From a virus (Duplodnaviria > Caudoviricetes): a DNA stretch of 34,087 bases. Positions 26,771-34,087 of the stretch are shown here, one piece after another (the stretch's first letter is position 1; each line of letters starts with the position of its first letter). The stretch spans positions 1-34,087 of IMG/VR virus record IMGVR_UViG_3300019996_000005. The stretch is one strand, 5' to 3'. The notes beneath the pieces were generated by a model. That model had not been told where the DNA came from, did no database searches, and saw only the letters and a list, made by a program, of their open reading frames with translations. The translations under genes and the position numbers were made by a program.

Positions 26771-27141
26771 GGGGGAAACGCGGCGAACGAGCGGGCGAAC
26801 GGGCGGACACTCCGCACAATCGCCCGCTCAATCCGTCGCTGCCGTTGCCGAGCGATCCAACGGCGCCGAAGTACTGGACTTATGAGACGGGCGGCGAGCT
26901 CGCGGCGTCGATCGGCAAGCTATTACGCGTCGAATCTCTCAGCGATCGCGACTATGAGCTAATTCGCGCGTACTTCAAACAGTGGATCGACTCGCCGGCG
27001 TGGGATATGAACCCGATGCAGGACGCGGCCGGCGCCGCGGCGCTCGCGGCGTTGCGCGCCGGCGTTGACGGGCTCAAGACAGCATCGGATATACACGAGT
27101 GGTTGCGGCTCGCCGATCAAACCGGAGTAGACCCGTTATGA
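26767..27141 (+). CDS. Hypothetical protein
   Basis: ATGA coupling at both ends. Confidence 0.7.
   Translation: MRGKRGERAGERADTPHNRPLNPSLPLPSDPTAPKYWTYETGGELAASIGKLLRVESLSDRDYELIRAYFKQWIDSPAWDMNPMQDAAGAAALAALRAGVDGLKTASDIHEWLRLADQTGVDPL
26789..26830 (+). repeat. 41-bp inverted repeat element, copy 8 (intragenic)
   Basis: GAGCGGGCGAA-cgggcggacactccgcaca-ATCGCCCGCTC. Confidence 0.92.
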
Positions 27142-27710
27142 GATTTCTGCAAATCGAGGTTGTTACACCACCGGCCGGCATTCCGGTTACGGCCGCAGAA
27201 TTTATAGATCATGCCAGGTTGAACGGGCTCACGGTCGATCGGCAACCGGAATTGATTGATCGGGAGCTCGCCGCGGCGACGCGGCGCGGCGAGCAATACA
27301 CGCGGCGCTCGTTTCTCACGCAAACTCTGCAGGCGTTGTATGTGCCGGATGATCTCACATGTGCGTGTACGCTCATGCTCATTTTGCCGCGGGGTAAGGT
27401 GCAAGGCGTCACGTCGATTACCGCGGGCGGCGCCGTCGTCGATCCGACGACGTACACGCTCGAATGGAACGTGGTAAAGCTCGCGTCGCCGCTCGCCGGC
27501 GCCGCATCGGTGCTATTTGACTCGGGATACGGCGATGATCCGGCCGACGTGCCGGACGGCATCAAAGAAGGGATTCTAGAGTACGCAACGATCCTGTATG
27601 AGAACCGCGGCGGCGGACGCGATCAGAAGTACGCGGCAATGGGCGGGCAAGGCATACCGGACGGCATACGGGACTTGTGGCGCCCGTTCCAGATCGAGAT
27701 AAGCGGGTGA
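27138..27710 (+). CDS. Head-tail connector (gp6/phiE125 gp8-like)
   Basis: PVTAAEFIDHARL, EQYTRRSFLTQT, GYGDDPADVPDGIKEGIL..YENR. Confidence 0.85.
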   Translation: MRFLQIEVVTPPAGIPVTAAEFIDHARLNGLTVDRQPELIDRELAAATRRGEQYTRRSFLTQTLQALYVPDDLTCACTLMLILPRGKVQGVTSITAGGAVVDPTTYTLEWNVVKLASPLAGAASVLFDSGYGDDPADVPDGIKEGILEYATILYENRGGGRDQKYAAMGGQGIPDGIRDLWRPFQIEISG

Positions 27711-27940
27711 CGACGAAAACCGCGGTCACACTTTACACGGTGTACGGGATGCCGAGCGATTTTCCGCATGAATTTGTGTGCCGGCGATACGATGGCAGAA
27801 CGGCCGAACCAATCGACGACGGCGAGCCGTTCGCCCGCGGCCGGACGCTCGACGAAGTGCGGCAAGCGTTGCCGGCCGGCCTATTCAATCTCGGGCGGCA
27901 ACCGGGCGACGATTGGGCGATCGTGGAAACGTGGGTATGA
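27707..27940 (+). CDS. Hypothetical protein
   Basis: GTGA coupling; YGMPSDFPHEFVCRR...IVETWV. Confidence 0.65.
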   Translation: MTTKTAVTLYTVYGMPSDFPHEFVCRRYDGRTAEPIDDGEPFARGRTLDEVRQALPAGLFNLGRQPGDDWAIVETWV

Positions 27941-27946
27941 AATACG

Positions 27947-28285
27947 ATGCAGGCTAGCGATTTGCGCGAGTGGATCGCGCTTTTCCAAATGGAGCTCACG
28001 CCGGACGGCCAGGGCGGATACCGCGAAACCGTGCCGGCCGGCCTGGTGGCCGATACGCCGGCGAACGTACGCACGCCGAGCGGCCGGCCGACGTTCGCCG
28101 GCGATCAGGTCGCCGATCGCGTACGCCACGAAATCACAATCCGGTATCAGCCGGGAATTACGGCCGTCTATCGCGTCATGTGGCGCGATCAGTTGCTAGA
28201 TATCGTCGGCGAGCCGGAAAACCTTGACGCTCGCGAAACGTGGCTAAAGCTCGTTTGCGAGCGTAAAGAGGCCGGCGCGCAGTGA
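27947..28285 (+). CDS. Head closure / head-tail adaptor (SPP1 gp16-like)
   Basis: LREWIAL..DGQGG, HEITIRYQPGIT...RV. Confidence 0.85.
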   Translation: MQASDLREWIALFQMELTPDGQGGYRETVPAGLVADTPANVRTPSGRPTFAGDQVADRVRHEITIRYQPGITAVYRVMWRDQLLDIVGEPENLDARETWLKLVCERKEAGAQ

Positions 28286-28479
28286 ACGATGATTTTACGC
28301 GGTGCGTCGCGTCGATCGAGCCGGACGGCGGCGGTTCGCTCGTGACGCTCAGTTGCGGGCATGTGCTCTGGTGCGCGATCGCGCCGGCCGAAATCGGGAC
28401 GCTCAAAACGGTTTATTGCGCCATGTGCCTTTGCAACTATCTGGATTCTCGACGGCCGGCCGACGTTCACGCGAACTAG
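28282..28479 (+). CDS. Small Cys-rich protein
   Basis: LSCGH...YCAMC; GTGA coupling. Confidence 0.55.
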   Translation: MNDDFTRCVASIEPDGGGSLVTLSCGHVLWCAIAPAEIGTLKTVYCAMCLCNYLDSRRPADVHAN

Positions 28480-28507
28480 CTCACAGAGTGAGCCTGACTT
28501 GTAAACA

Positions 28508-28993
28508 ATGGCGCGAGTTCTTAGCGCAAAGATCACCGGCGACGCGAAGATAAAGGCGAACTTCGGCAATTTGCGCGCGCAATTTCCCGATTGGGTCAAC
28601 TCGGCGAACGTCGAAACGGCCGTGGAAATCCGCAACGAAGCGCGCAAAAACGTCATGCAAATCGACGCGTACGACACGCACGAGCTCTATGAGTCGATCG
28701 AGTTTAGCGTATCGCGGCTCGGTAATTCCGTCGTCGTCTTTTCGACGGCGAAGCACGCACCGTATATCGAGTTCGGGACGGCGCCGCATTTTCCGCCACT
28801 AGATAAAATTCGCGCCTGGTGCGGGCGCAAGGGGATACCGGAGTCCGCGGCGTTTCCGATCGCGCGGGCGATCAGCGAACGTGGCACGCCGGAAAGACCC
28901 TGGTTATATCCGGCGTACAAAGCCGGCATGAGCGGCCATTTGAACCGCTTACGCGATTTTGTCGGTTCGGAATTGAGGAAAATGCTTGCCTAG
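28508..28993 (+). CDS. HK97 gp10-like tail completion protein
   Basis: DTHELYESI, APYIEFGT, RPWLYPA. Confidence 0.85.
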   Translation: MARVLSAKITGDAKIKANFGNLRAQFPDWVNSANVETAVEIRNEARKNVMQIDAYDTHELYESIEFSVSRLGNSVVVFSTAKHAPYIEFGTAPHFPPLDKIRAWCGRKGIPESAAFPIARAISERGTPERPWLYPAYKAGMSGHLNRLRDFVGSELRKMLA

Positions 28994-29225
28994 AAACGAT
29001 CCGTTTCGCACACTCGACGACGACGCGAAGCCGGCGCCGGCCGGCTCGATTACAGCGGAGACGATCGCGGCCGGCGCGATCGCCGCGGGCTCGATCAAGG
29101 CCAGCGGGATTAGGTCGGCGGAATGGATGGTATTAGGCGCCTTGCGCATACCGTTGCGCCGGCCTGGTTGGTTGCGCCGGTTTATCGTGCGGCTCGTGCT
29201 CGGGTGGCGCTATGACGACGTGTGA
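28986..29225 (+). CDS. Small protein with tail-spike-like repeat
   Basis: GAGG RBS; AGSITAETIAAGAIAAGSI. Confidence 0.55.
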   Translation: MPRNDPFRTLDDDAKPAPAGSITAETIAAGAIAAGSIKASGIRSAEWMVLGALRIPLRRPGWLRRFIVRLVLGWRYDDV

Positions 29226-29655
29226 CGCGTGCGCCGAGCGGCGCTTGCATACGGCCGCGGAATGGGAAAACTTTCACGAGCTCGCCGGCCACGGCTTCGC
29301 CGCGGAGCTCGGTTGGACGCATCCGAAGTTGAAAAAGGAGATAGACGATATGGCTTACGAAGCACCGGCCGTCGGCACGGTTTTGCCGGCAAAAGAGAAT
29401 ACTGACGTGCTAAACCCTGGACCGGTTCATGATCCCTACGGGAATTATGAATTTTTGCAGGCGGACGCGCAGGATAAAGCGTTCATCAATAACAAGAGTC
29501 TCAAAACGAATTGGACGAACGCGAAATCGAACTCGCCCGAGTACGCCGAAAAGCTCGGCGCCGAGAAATCGTGGGCCGTTCTGGTGAGGAACGCCGAGGC
29601 GGGCGGGCTTTATTTCGATCTGCAACGCCTTGGGCCGGACGTAAAAACGCTGTAG
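29212..29655 (+). CDS. Hypothetical protein; strong internal start at 29350
   Basis: N-terminal CxxC..H..H; AAGGAG before in-frame ATG 29350. Confidence 0.7.
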   Translation: MTTCDACAERRLHTAAEWENFHELAGHGFAAELGWTHPKLKKEIDDMAYEAPAVGTVLPAKENTDVLNPGPVHDPYGNYEFLQADAQDKAFINNKSLKTNWTNAKSNSPEYAEKLGAEKSWAVLVRNAEAGGLYFDLQRLGPDVKTL

Positions 29656-29663
29656 CGGCGAAC

Positions 29664-29704
29664 GGGCGGGCGAAGGTGGGGACGGCTCGCCCGTTCGCCC
29701 GCTC
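29664..29704 (-). repeat. 41-bp inverted repeat element, copy 9 (opposite orientation, between convergent genes)
   Basis: Minus strand GAGCGGGCGAA-cgggcgagccgtccccacc-TTCGCCCGCCC. Confidence 0.85.
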
Positions 29705-29708
29705 GGGT

Positions 29709-29954
29709 TCAGCGAAGCCGCTCAAGGGCACTGAGTAGCGAATGTCTTAACACAATCTCGCGCGGCGTGCGCTTGCTCAATTCGACGGGCTCGGGCTCGA
29801 TCGAGCGCAACCATTCGGCGTATGCGAGGCGGTGCGCGTCGTTGCCGAGTACAAATTCAAGGGCTTTAATCCAAATGGCGGTTTCCGCGGCGTCGGTAGT
29901 GCAAGCCGTTTTGAAGTGTTCTAATTGCCGCTCGATTTCGCATTTTGCCAGCAT
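29709..29954 (-). CDS. Hypothetical antisense moron protein
   Basis: Fills the gap between + strand genes; protein-like composition. Confidence 0.5.
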   Translation of the reverse strand: MLAKCEIERQLEHFKTACTTDAAETAIWIKALEFVLGNDAHRLAYAEWLRSIEPEPVELSKRTPREIVLRHSLLSALERLR

Positions 29955-29962
29955 CGAATCCT

Positions 29963-30346
29963 ATGTTACCGCTCAGTGAAGTACAAACCGCGATCGTCGC
30001 CGCGCTCGGGCCGGCGCTCGCGCCAGTGCCGGTACTCGATCAAGCCGGACCGAATCAGGCGTTTCCCTACGTGACGATCGGCGAATTTCTCGGCGATCAG
30101 GCGGACACGTTGAACGAGCAAGGTATCAATCTCGAAATCACCGTCCACATTTGGAGCCGGCAACCGGGAATGTTGGAAAGCCAGCAACTCATGGCGCGAG
30201 TAAAAGACGCGCTCGATCGGCAACGCTTGCCGGCCGCGGGCTTTCAGTGGGTAGACACGATTTGGACGTACGCGCAAACGTTGCGCGAGTTTGACGGTAT
30301 CACGCGTCACGGCGTGCTGCGTTTCACCGTCGCGGTTTTCAGTTAG
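29963..30346 (+). CDS. Tail terminator (DUF3168/gp17-like)
   Basis: VQTAIVAAL, FPYVTIGE, TVHIWSR, DGITRHGVLRF. Confidence 0.88.
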   Translation: MLPLSEVQTAIVAALGPALAPVPVLDQAGPNQAFPYVTIGEFLGDQADTLNEQGINLEITVHIWSRQPGMLESQQLMARVKDALDRQRLPAAGFQWVDTIWTYAQTLREFDGITRHGVLRFTVAVFS

Positions 30347-30590
30347 GTTTAACGGCGCCGGCCGCGATGCGGTTTTCGGTTACGGCGCCGTCGGCGAGCA
30401 CATTTTGAGTAACGGCGCCGTCCGCAAGTATGCCGGCCACGATTCGATCGCGCACGGCTCGCGCCTGGTTGATTCCATCGTGTGTAATCGCCGCTTGCCG
30501 TCCGAGTCGATAGCCGATGAACAAGCCGGCGCCCGCGATCGCGGCGCCGGCCGCGGCGCCGAGTACGAATGTCAGGGTGTACGAATCCAT
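30339..30590 (-). CDS. Membrane-anchored small protein with tail-spike-like repeats
   Basis: N-terminal TM; LADGAVTQNVLADGAVTENRIAAGAV; extended -10 TGtTAAAAT upstream. Confidence 0.6.
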   Translation of the reverse strand: MDSYTLTFVLGAAAGAAIAGAGLFIGYRLGRQAAITHDGINQARAVRDRIVAGILADGAVTQNVLADGAVTENRIAAGAVKPN

Positions 30591-30631
30591 GAGGATTCAA
30601 TTTTAACAATTCAAACAGGAGACAAAAGGCA

Positions 30632-31138
30632 ATGGCAAAATTTACGGGAAAAGGTGCAAAGATTTTCGTGCTCGCAGGCGGCGCGACGCCGACTTACAAA
30701 GCGGTCGGCCAGGTGGCGGAAATCGGCAATATCGACGTTTCGGCCGACGAAGTGGACGTAACGACGCTCGACGCCGGCGACTATCGGGACTACATACAGG
30801 GGTTCAAAGACCCTGGTGAGTGCCAATTGACGGTGCTGTTCGATCCGGCGCTTGCCGATCAGGACGATTCGGCCGACGGGCTCTTTGGTCTGTTCACGAG
30901 CGGCGAAGTACGCGATTGGGTGATCCGCTTCAATTCGTCCGCGGCGGTTGGAGGCGAGACGTTCGGGACGTTCCAAGGGTTCATTCGGGATTGGAGTTTC
31001 GGCGCCTTGAATCCCGATGATCCGCAGGAAATTCAGCCCACTATTCGTATCGTCGGACCGATCACGCTTACCGACACAATGCCCGTACCGACGGTTGCCG
31101 GCGCGCCGGCCGGCGAATCGGCGAGGCTTGCGGCGTGA
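30632..31138 (+). CDS. Major tail (tube) protein
   Basis: AGGAG RBS; DEVDVTTLD..YIQGFKDPGE lambda gpV-like motif. Confidence 0.88.
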   Translation: MAKFTGKGAKIFVLAGGATPTYKAVGQVAEIGNIDVSADEVDVTTLDAGDYRDYIQGFKDPGECQLTVLFDPALADQDDSADGLFGLFTSGEVRDWVIRFNSSAAVGGETFGTFQGFIRDWSFGALNPDDPQEIQPTIRIVGPITLTDTMPVPTVAGAPAGESARLAA

Positions 31139-31602
31139 GCAACCTGTTAGCTTGCTCCGTTATTATTTCGCTCGACGGGCAAGAGTACGTAATCCGGTAT
31201 CGTGCGCTAGCATTCATTCAGTACGCGTCGGAATGCGGCGGCGATCTGCTCAACGACGTACGGCGCATCGGCTCGGAGCTCGTTGCGGCCGGCAAGATGG
31301 AGGGGCGCGAAGGCTTGGGAGCACCAATCGCAACCATGCGCGATATCCTATGGGCCGGCCTGGTGGACGCGCAACCGATTCTGAAACGTGATGACGTTGC
31401 GCGTATGTTCGGTTTCCGCGAAATGGAACCGATTATGCAAGCGATCAGCGAAGCCTTGCGGTTGAGTATGCCTGAAATCGACTTGACTAACAACGCTCGC
31501 CCTACCGGAGCCCGGAGCCGTTCTCCCTTACCAAATGGGGAAGACTCTGGGCCTACTTCCGCGAACGAATCGGTCTTAGTGCCGACGACTTCAAAGAACT
31601 GA
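31135..31602 (+). CDS. Tail assembly chaperone (gpG-like)
   Basis: Between tube and TMP; RDILWAGL motif. Confidence 0.8.
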   Translation: MSNLLACSVIISLDGQEYVIRYRALAFIQYASECGGDLLNDVRRIGSELVAAGKMEGREGLGAPIATMRDILWAGLVDAQPILKRDDVARMFGFREMEPIMQAISEALRLSMPEIDLTNNARPTGARSRSPLPNGEDSGPTSANESVLVPTTSKN

Positions 31603-31871
31603 CCTTACGGGAAATCTGCTATCTCCACGACGCGAGCGATGCTCACGAGACGCGGGCCGATTATTATTCGGCTCGCGTCGTCGCGATGATCGCCGCGGTT
31701 AACAGTAAACAAAATCGCTACGATCCATTGCGCTATATGATGAACGGCCGCGGGCTCAAACAACAGCAACGCGCGGCAAGCAAAGGGATGACGGGCGATC
31801 AAATCCTCACTCGGTTTAAGCAATTGGGCGTACGGGTGATTGACAACAGGAAACGTGATGGCATCGTCTAG
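31491..31871 (+). CDS. gpT-like frameshift extension (-1 frame of the chaperone)
   Basis: Frame open from 31491 with no early start; IGLSADDFKELTLREI is typical of gpT-like regions. Confidence 0.65.
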   Translation, partial: QRSPYRSPEPFSLTKWGRLWAYFRERIGLSADDFKELTLREICYLHDASDAHETRADYYSARVVAMIAAVNSKQNRYDPLRYMMNGRGLKQQQRAASKGMTGDQILTRFKQLGVRVIDNRKRDGIV

Positions 31872-34087
31872 CGGCGGATTAAGTCTAGGGACTCTTTTTA
31901 TCACGATCGCCGCGAATGTAGACGAAGCCTTGCAGGGCTTTCAGAAATTCACGGCCGATCTTGGAAAGCTGATTGACGAGCAAAAGAGCAAGTTTGAAAG
32001 TCTCGAAACGGTCGGCCAATCGCTCACCAAAGTAGGGACGGCTTTAACGGCCGCGGTTACTGTGCCTCTCGTGGGCGTCGGCGCCGCGGCCGTCAAAGTC
32101 TCCGAACAACTCAACACGGCGAAAACAAGTTTTACAACGATGCTCGGAAGCGCAACCGCGGCCGATTCCATGTTGAAAGACCTGCAGAAATTCGCCGCAA
32201 CGACTCCGTTTGAATTTCCCGAACTGGTGGACGCGGCGAAGCGAATGCAGGCGCTCGGCGTTAGCGCCCAACAGGTAATTCCGTGGTTGACTTCGATCGG
32301 CGACGCCGCGGCCGCAATGGGCGGCGGAAAGGACATAATCGACGGCATTACCCTTGCGCTCGGGCAAATGCAAGCTAAAAGCAAGGTATCGGCGCAGGAA
32401 ATGAATCAGCTTGCCGAGCGGGGTATTCCGGCTTGGCAGATACTCGCCGACAAAATCGGCGTATCCGTACCGGAAGCCATGAAGCTCGCCGAAAAAGGCG
32501 CGGTTTCGGCGTCTACCGCGATACCGGCGATTCTCGCCGGCATGAACTCAAAATTCGGCGGCTCGATGGAGCAACTTAACAAGACGCTCACCGGCCAATG
32601 GTCAAATTTCAAAGATCAGATCACGCAAGCGTTAATCCCGATCGGTCAGGCGCTCACGCCGGCGCTTGCATCGCTCTTGCAGGTACTACAGCCGGTTGTG
32701 GCTAAAATCGGCGAAGCGGCGAAGTGGTTTAACGAATTGCCGGCGCCGGTCAAAACGTTCGCCGTCGCGCTCGGCGCCATGCTCGCCGCTCTCGGGCCGG
32801 TACTGTTAATCGCCGGCCAGCTTGCAATTGCAATTGCGGCGATCGGGCCGGCGCTCGCGGCGCTCGGCATCACGCTTACCGTATCGGTTGGCGCCTTGCT
32901 CGGTTGGGCGGCGGCAATCGCCGCGGCCGTCGCCGCTCTCGTGGCGTTAGGCGTATGGGTATACGGCAATTGGGATAAAATCATCGGATTTATCGCCGAA
33001 TCGCTCGCCAAAGTCGTCGCCGCTTTCAAGTCGGTTGTAGACGGTATCACATGGTTGACGCAAAAAATCCCGCTTGTGGGCGCAGGTTGGGCCGCGCTCG
33101 ATCAGGGGCTAGGAACACTCCAAAAGTCGTTAGAAGATACGGCGAAAAAGCACGAGGAATTGGCCGGCCGCGCGATCGCCGCGGCGCAAAAGACGGCTAC
33201 GGAAACATCTAAGAGTTTCGCCATAATCAACGCGGCGCTTGCCAAGCTATCGGCCGATCAAGCAAAGGCGCAAGAGGATTCCGACAAACGCGCAAAAGAG
33301 CTCGGCGTCTCGACGACGGCCGCGCTGCAGGCGACGTTAGAGCAACGCCGGAAAGACCTTGCCGCGTGGATTGAAGACGAAAAGAAGGGCATTCGGACGC
33401 ATCAAGACGTTGCCGCGGCGACTCAAGCGGTTATCGACGCGCAGAAGGCGCTCGCGGCCGGCTCGCCCAACGTCGTCGCGGCGCATAAAGCCGCGGCCGA
33501 CGCCGCGGCAAAGCTCGCGAAGGAAGAAGAAGATCTCGGCAAAAAAGAGATCGAGCGGGACAAGGCGCTAACCGCGGCGCCTGGTGCGTACTTTGCGATG
33601 GCGCAGAGTATCGACGCCTATAACCAAAAGCTCGCCGACAACAAAAAGAAATTACAAGAGGCGCTACAGGCGCAACTCGATCATTTGGAAGCGTTGCGTC
33701 AAAAAGGCGTCATCGAACAATTCAAAGCGCAAGGCGAGAAAGTAACGGGGATGCTCGGCGAGTGGGCAAAAGCGCAAGGCTTGCTCACTCCGTTGATAAA
33801 CCACACGTACGATGCCCTAAAGGTGCTCGGGCTCAAGGGCGCGGAAGTGTACCGCAATGCGGCGGACGCCGCAAAGCAGGCATACGATACGATCGCCGCG
33901 GATGCCGGCACGAGCATACAACTCGAAACGCAAGCCAGACTGAAATGGTTGGAAGCCGAGAAAGCCGCGGCGCTCGCGGCCGGCACGGTGTGGACGGCCG
34001 CGCAGCAAGGCGAACTGAAAGGGCTACAAGACGCGCTCGATCAGATGGAGCAAAAGACCACCAAACACACGCAGAAAACAAAATCCG
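31858..34087 (+). CDS. Tape measure protein, N-terminal part (absent from the ORF track because it runs off the end)
   Basis: MASSSGGLSLGTLFITIAANV...FTTMLGS...LQKFAATTPFEFPEL...LGQMQAKSKVSAQEMNQLAERGIPAW tape-measure domain. Confidence 0.93.
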   Translation, partial: MASSSGGLSLGTLFITIAANVDEALQGFQKFTADLGKLIDEQKSKFESLETVGQSLTKVGTALTAAVTVPLVGVGAAAVKVSEQLNTAKTSFTTMLGSATAADSMLKDLQKFAATTPFEFPELVDAAKRMQALGVSAQQVIPWLTSIGDAAAAMGGGKDIIDGITLALGQMQAKSKVSAQEMNQLAERGIPAWQILADKIGVSVPEAMKLAEKGAVSASTAIPAILAGMNSKFGGSMEQLNKTLTGQWSNFKDQITQALIPIGQALTPALASLLQVLQPVVAKIGEAAKWFNELPAPVKTFAVALGAMLAALGPVLLIAGQLAIAIAAIGPALAALGITLTVSVGALLGWAAAIAAAVAALVALGVWVYGNWDKIIGFIAESLAKVVAAFKSVVDGITWLTQKIPLVGAGWAALDQGLGTLQKSLEDTAKKHEELAGRAIAAAQKTATETSKSFAIINAALAKLSADQAKAQEDSDKRAKELGVSTTAALQATLEQRRKDLAAWIEDEKKGIRTHQDVAAATQAVIDAQKALAAGSPNVVAAHKAAADAAAKLAKEEEDLGKKEIERDKALTAAPGAYFAMAQSIDAYNQKLADNKKKLQEALQAQLDHLEALRQKGVIEQFKAQGEKVTGMLGEWAKAQGLLTPLINHTYDALKVLGLKGAEVYRNAADAAKQAYDTIAADAGTSIQLETQARLKWLEAEKAAALAAGTVWTAAQQGELKGLQDALDQMEQKTTKHTQKTKS

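Noticed and set aside
4797-29704. 41-bp elements as integron attC sites
   Set aside because: No RYYYAAC/GTTRRRY core ends and no integron integrase; the resemblance is only architectural

Overview
This is an apparently complete circular genome (33,960 bp) of a GC-rich, long-tailed HK97-fold siphophage; bases 1-127 equal 33961-34087, most likely an assembly overlap. The structural set is readable: TerL, portal, Mu-gpF-like protein, prohead protease, major capsid, connector/adaptor/gp10/terminator, tail tube, frameshifted chaperone, a ~1419-aa tape measure spanning the junction, a tail protein with solenoid repeats, and a tail fibre. It also carries a lambda-O-like initiator with internal iterons, a BrnT/BrnA toxin-antitoxin pair, DUF932 and many small orphans. 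I could not recognise an integrase, CI-type repressor, ParA or endolysin. The most unusual signals are: (1) two dif-like XerC/XerD sites, one inside the 5' end of the rep gene downstream of an excisionase-like gene and one beside an orphan antisense gene, suggesting use of host Xer for integration or plasmid-like maintenance; (2) nine dispersed 41-bp 11-19-11 inverted repeats; (3) four early-gene cassettes sharing a promoter, operator and leader, linked to (2) by a CCGCTCA motif and flanked by a divergent small basic protein; (4) a 330-bp in-frame insert in rep carrying a nested ORF; (5) strong enrichment of palindromic hexamers. All family assignments are from motif recognition by eye, not from database searches.
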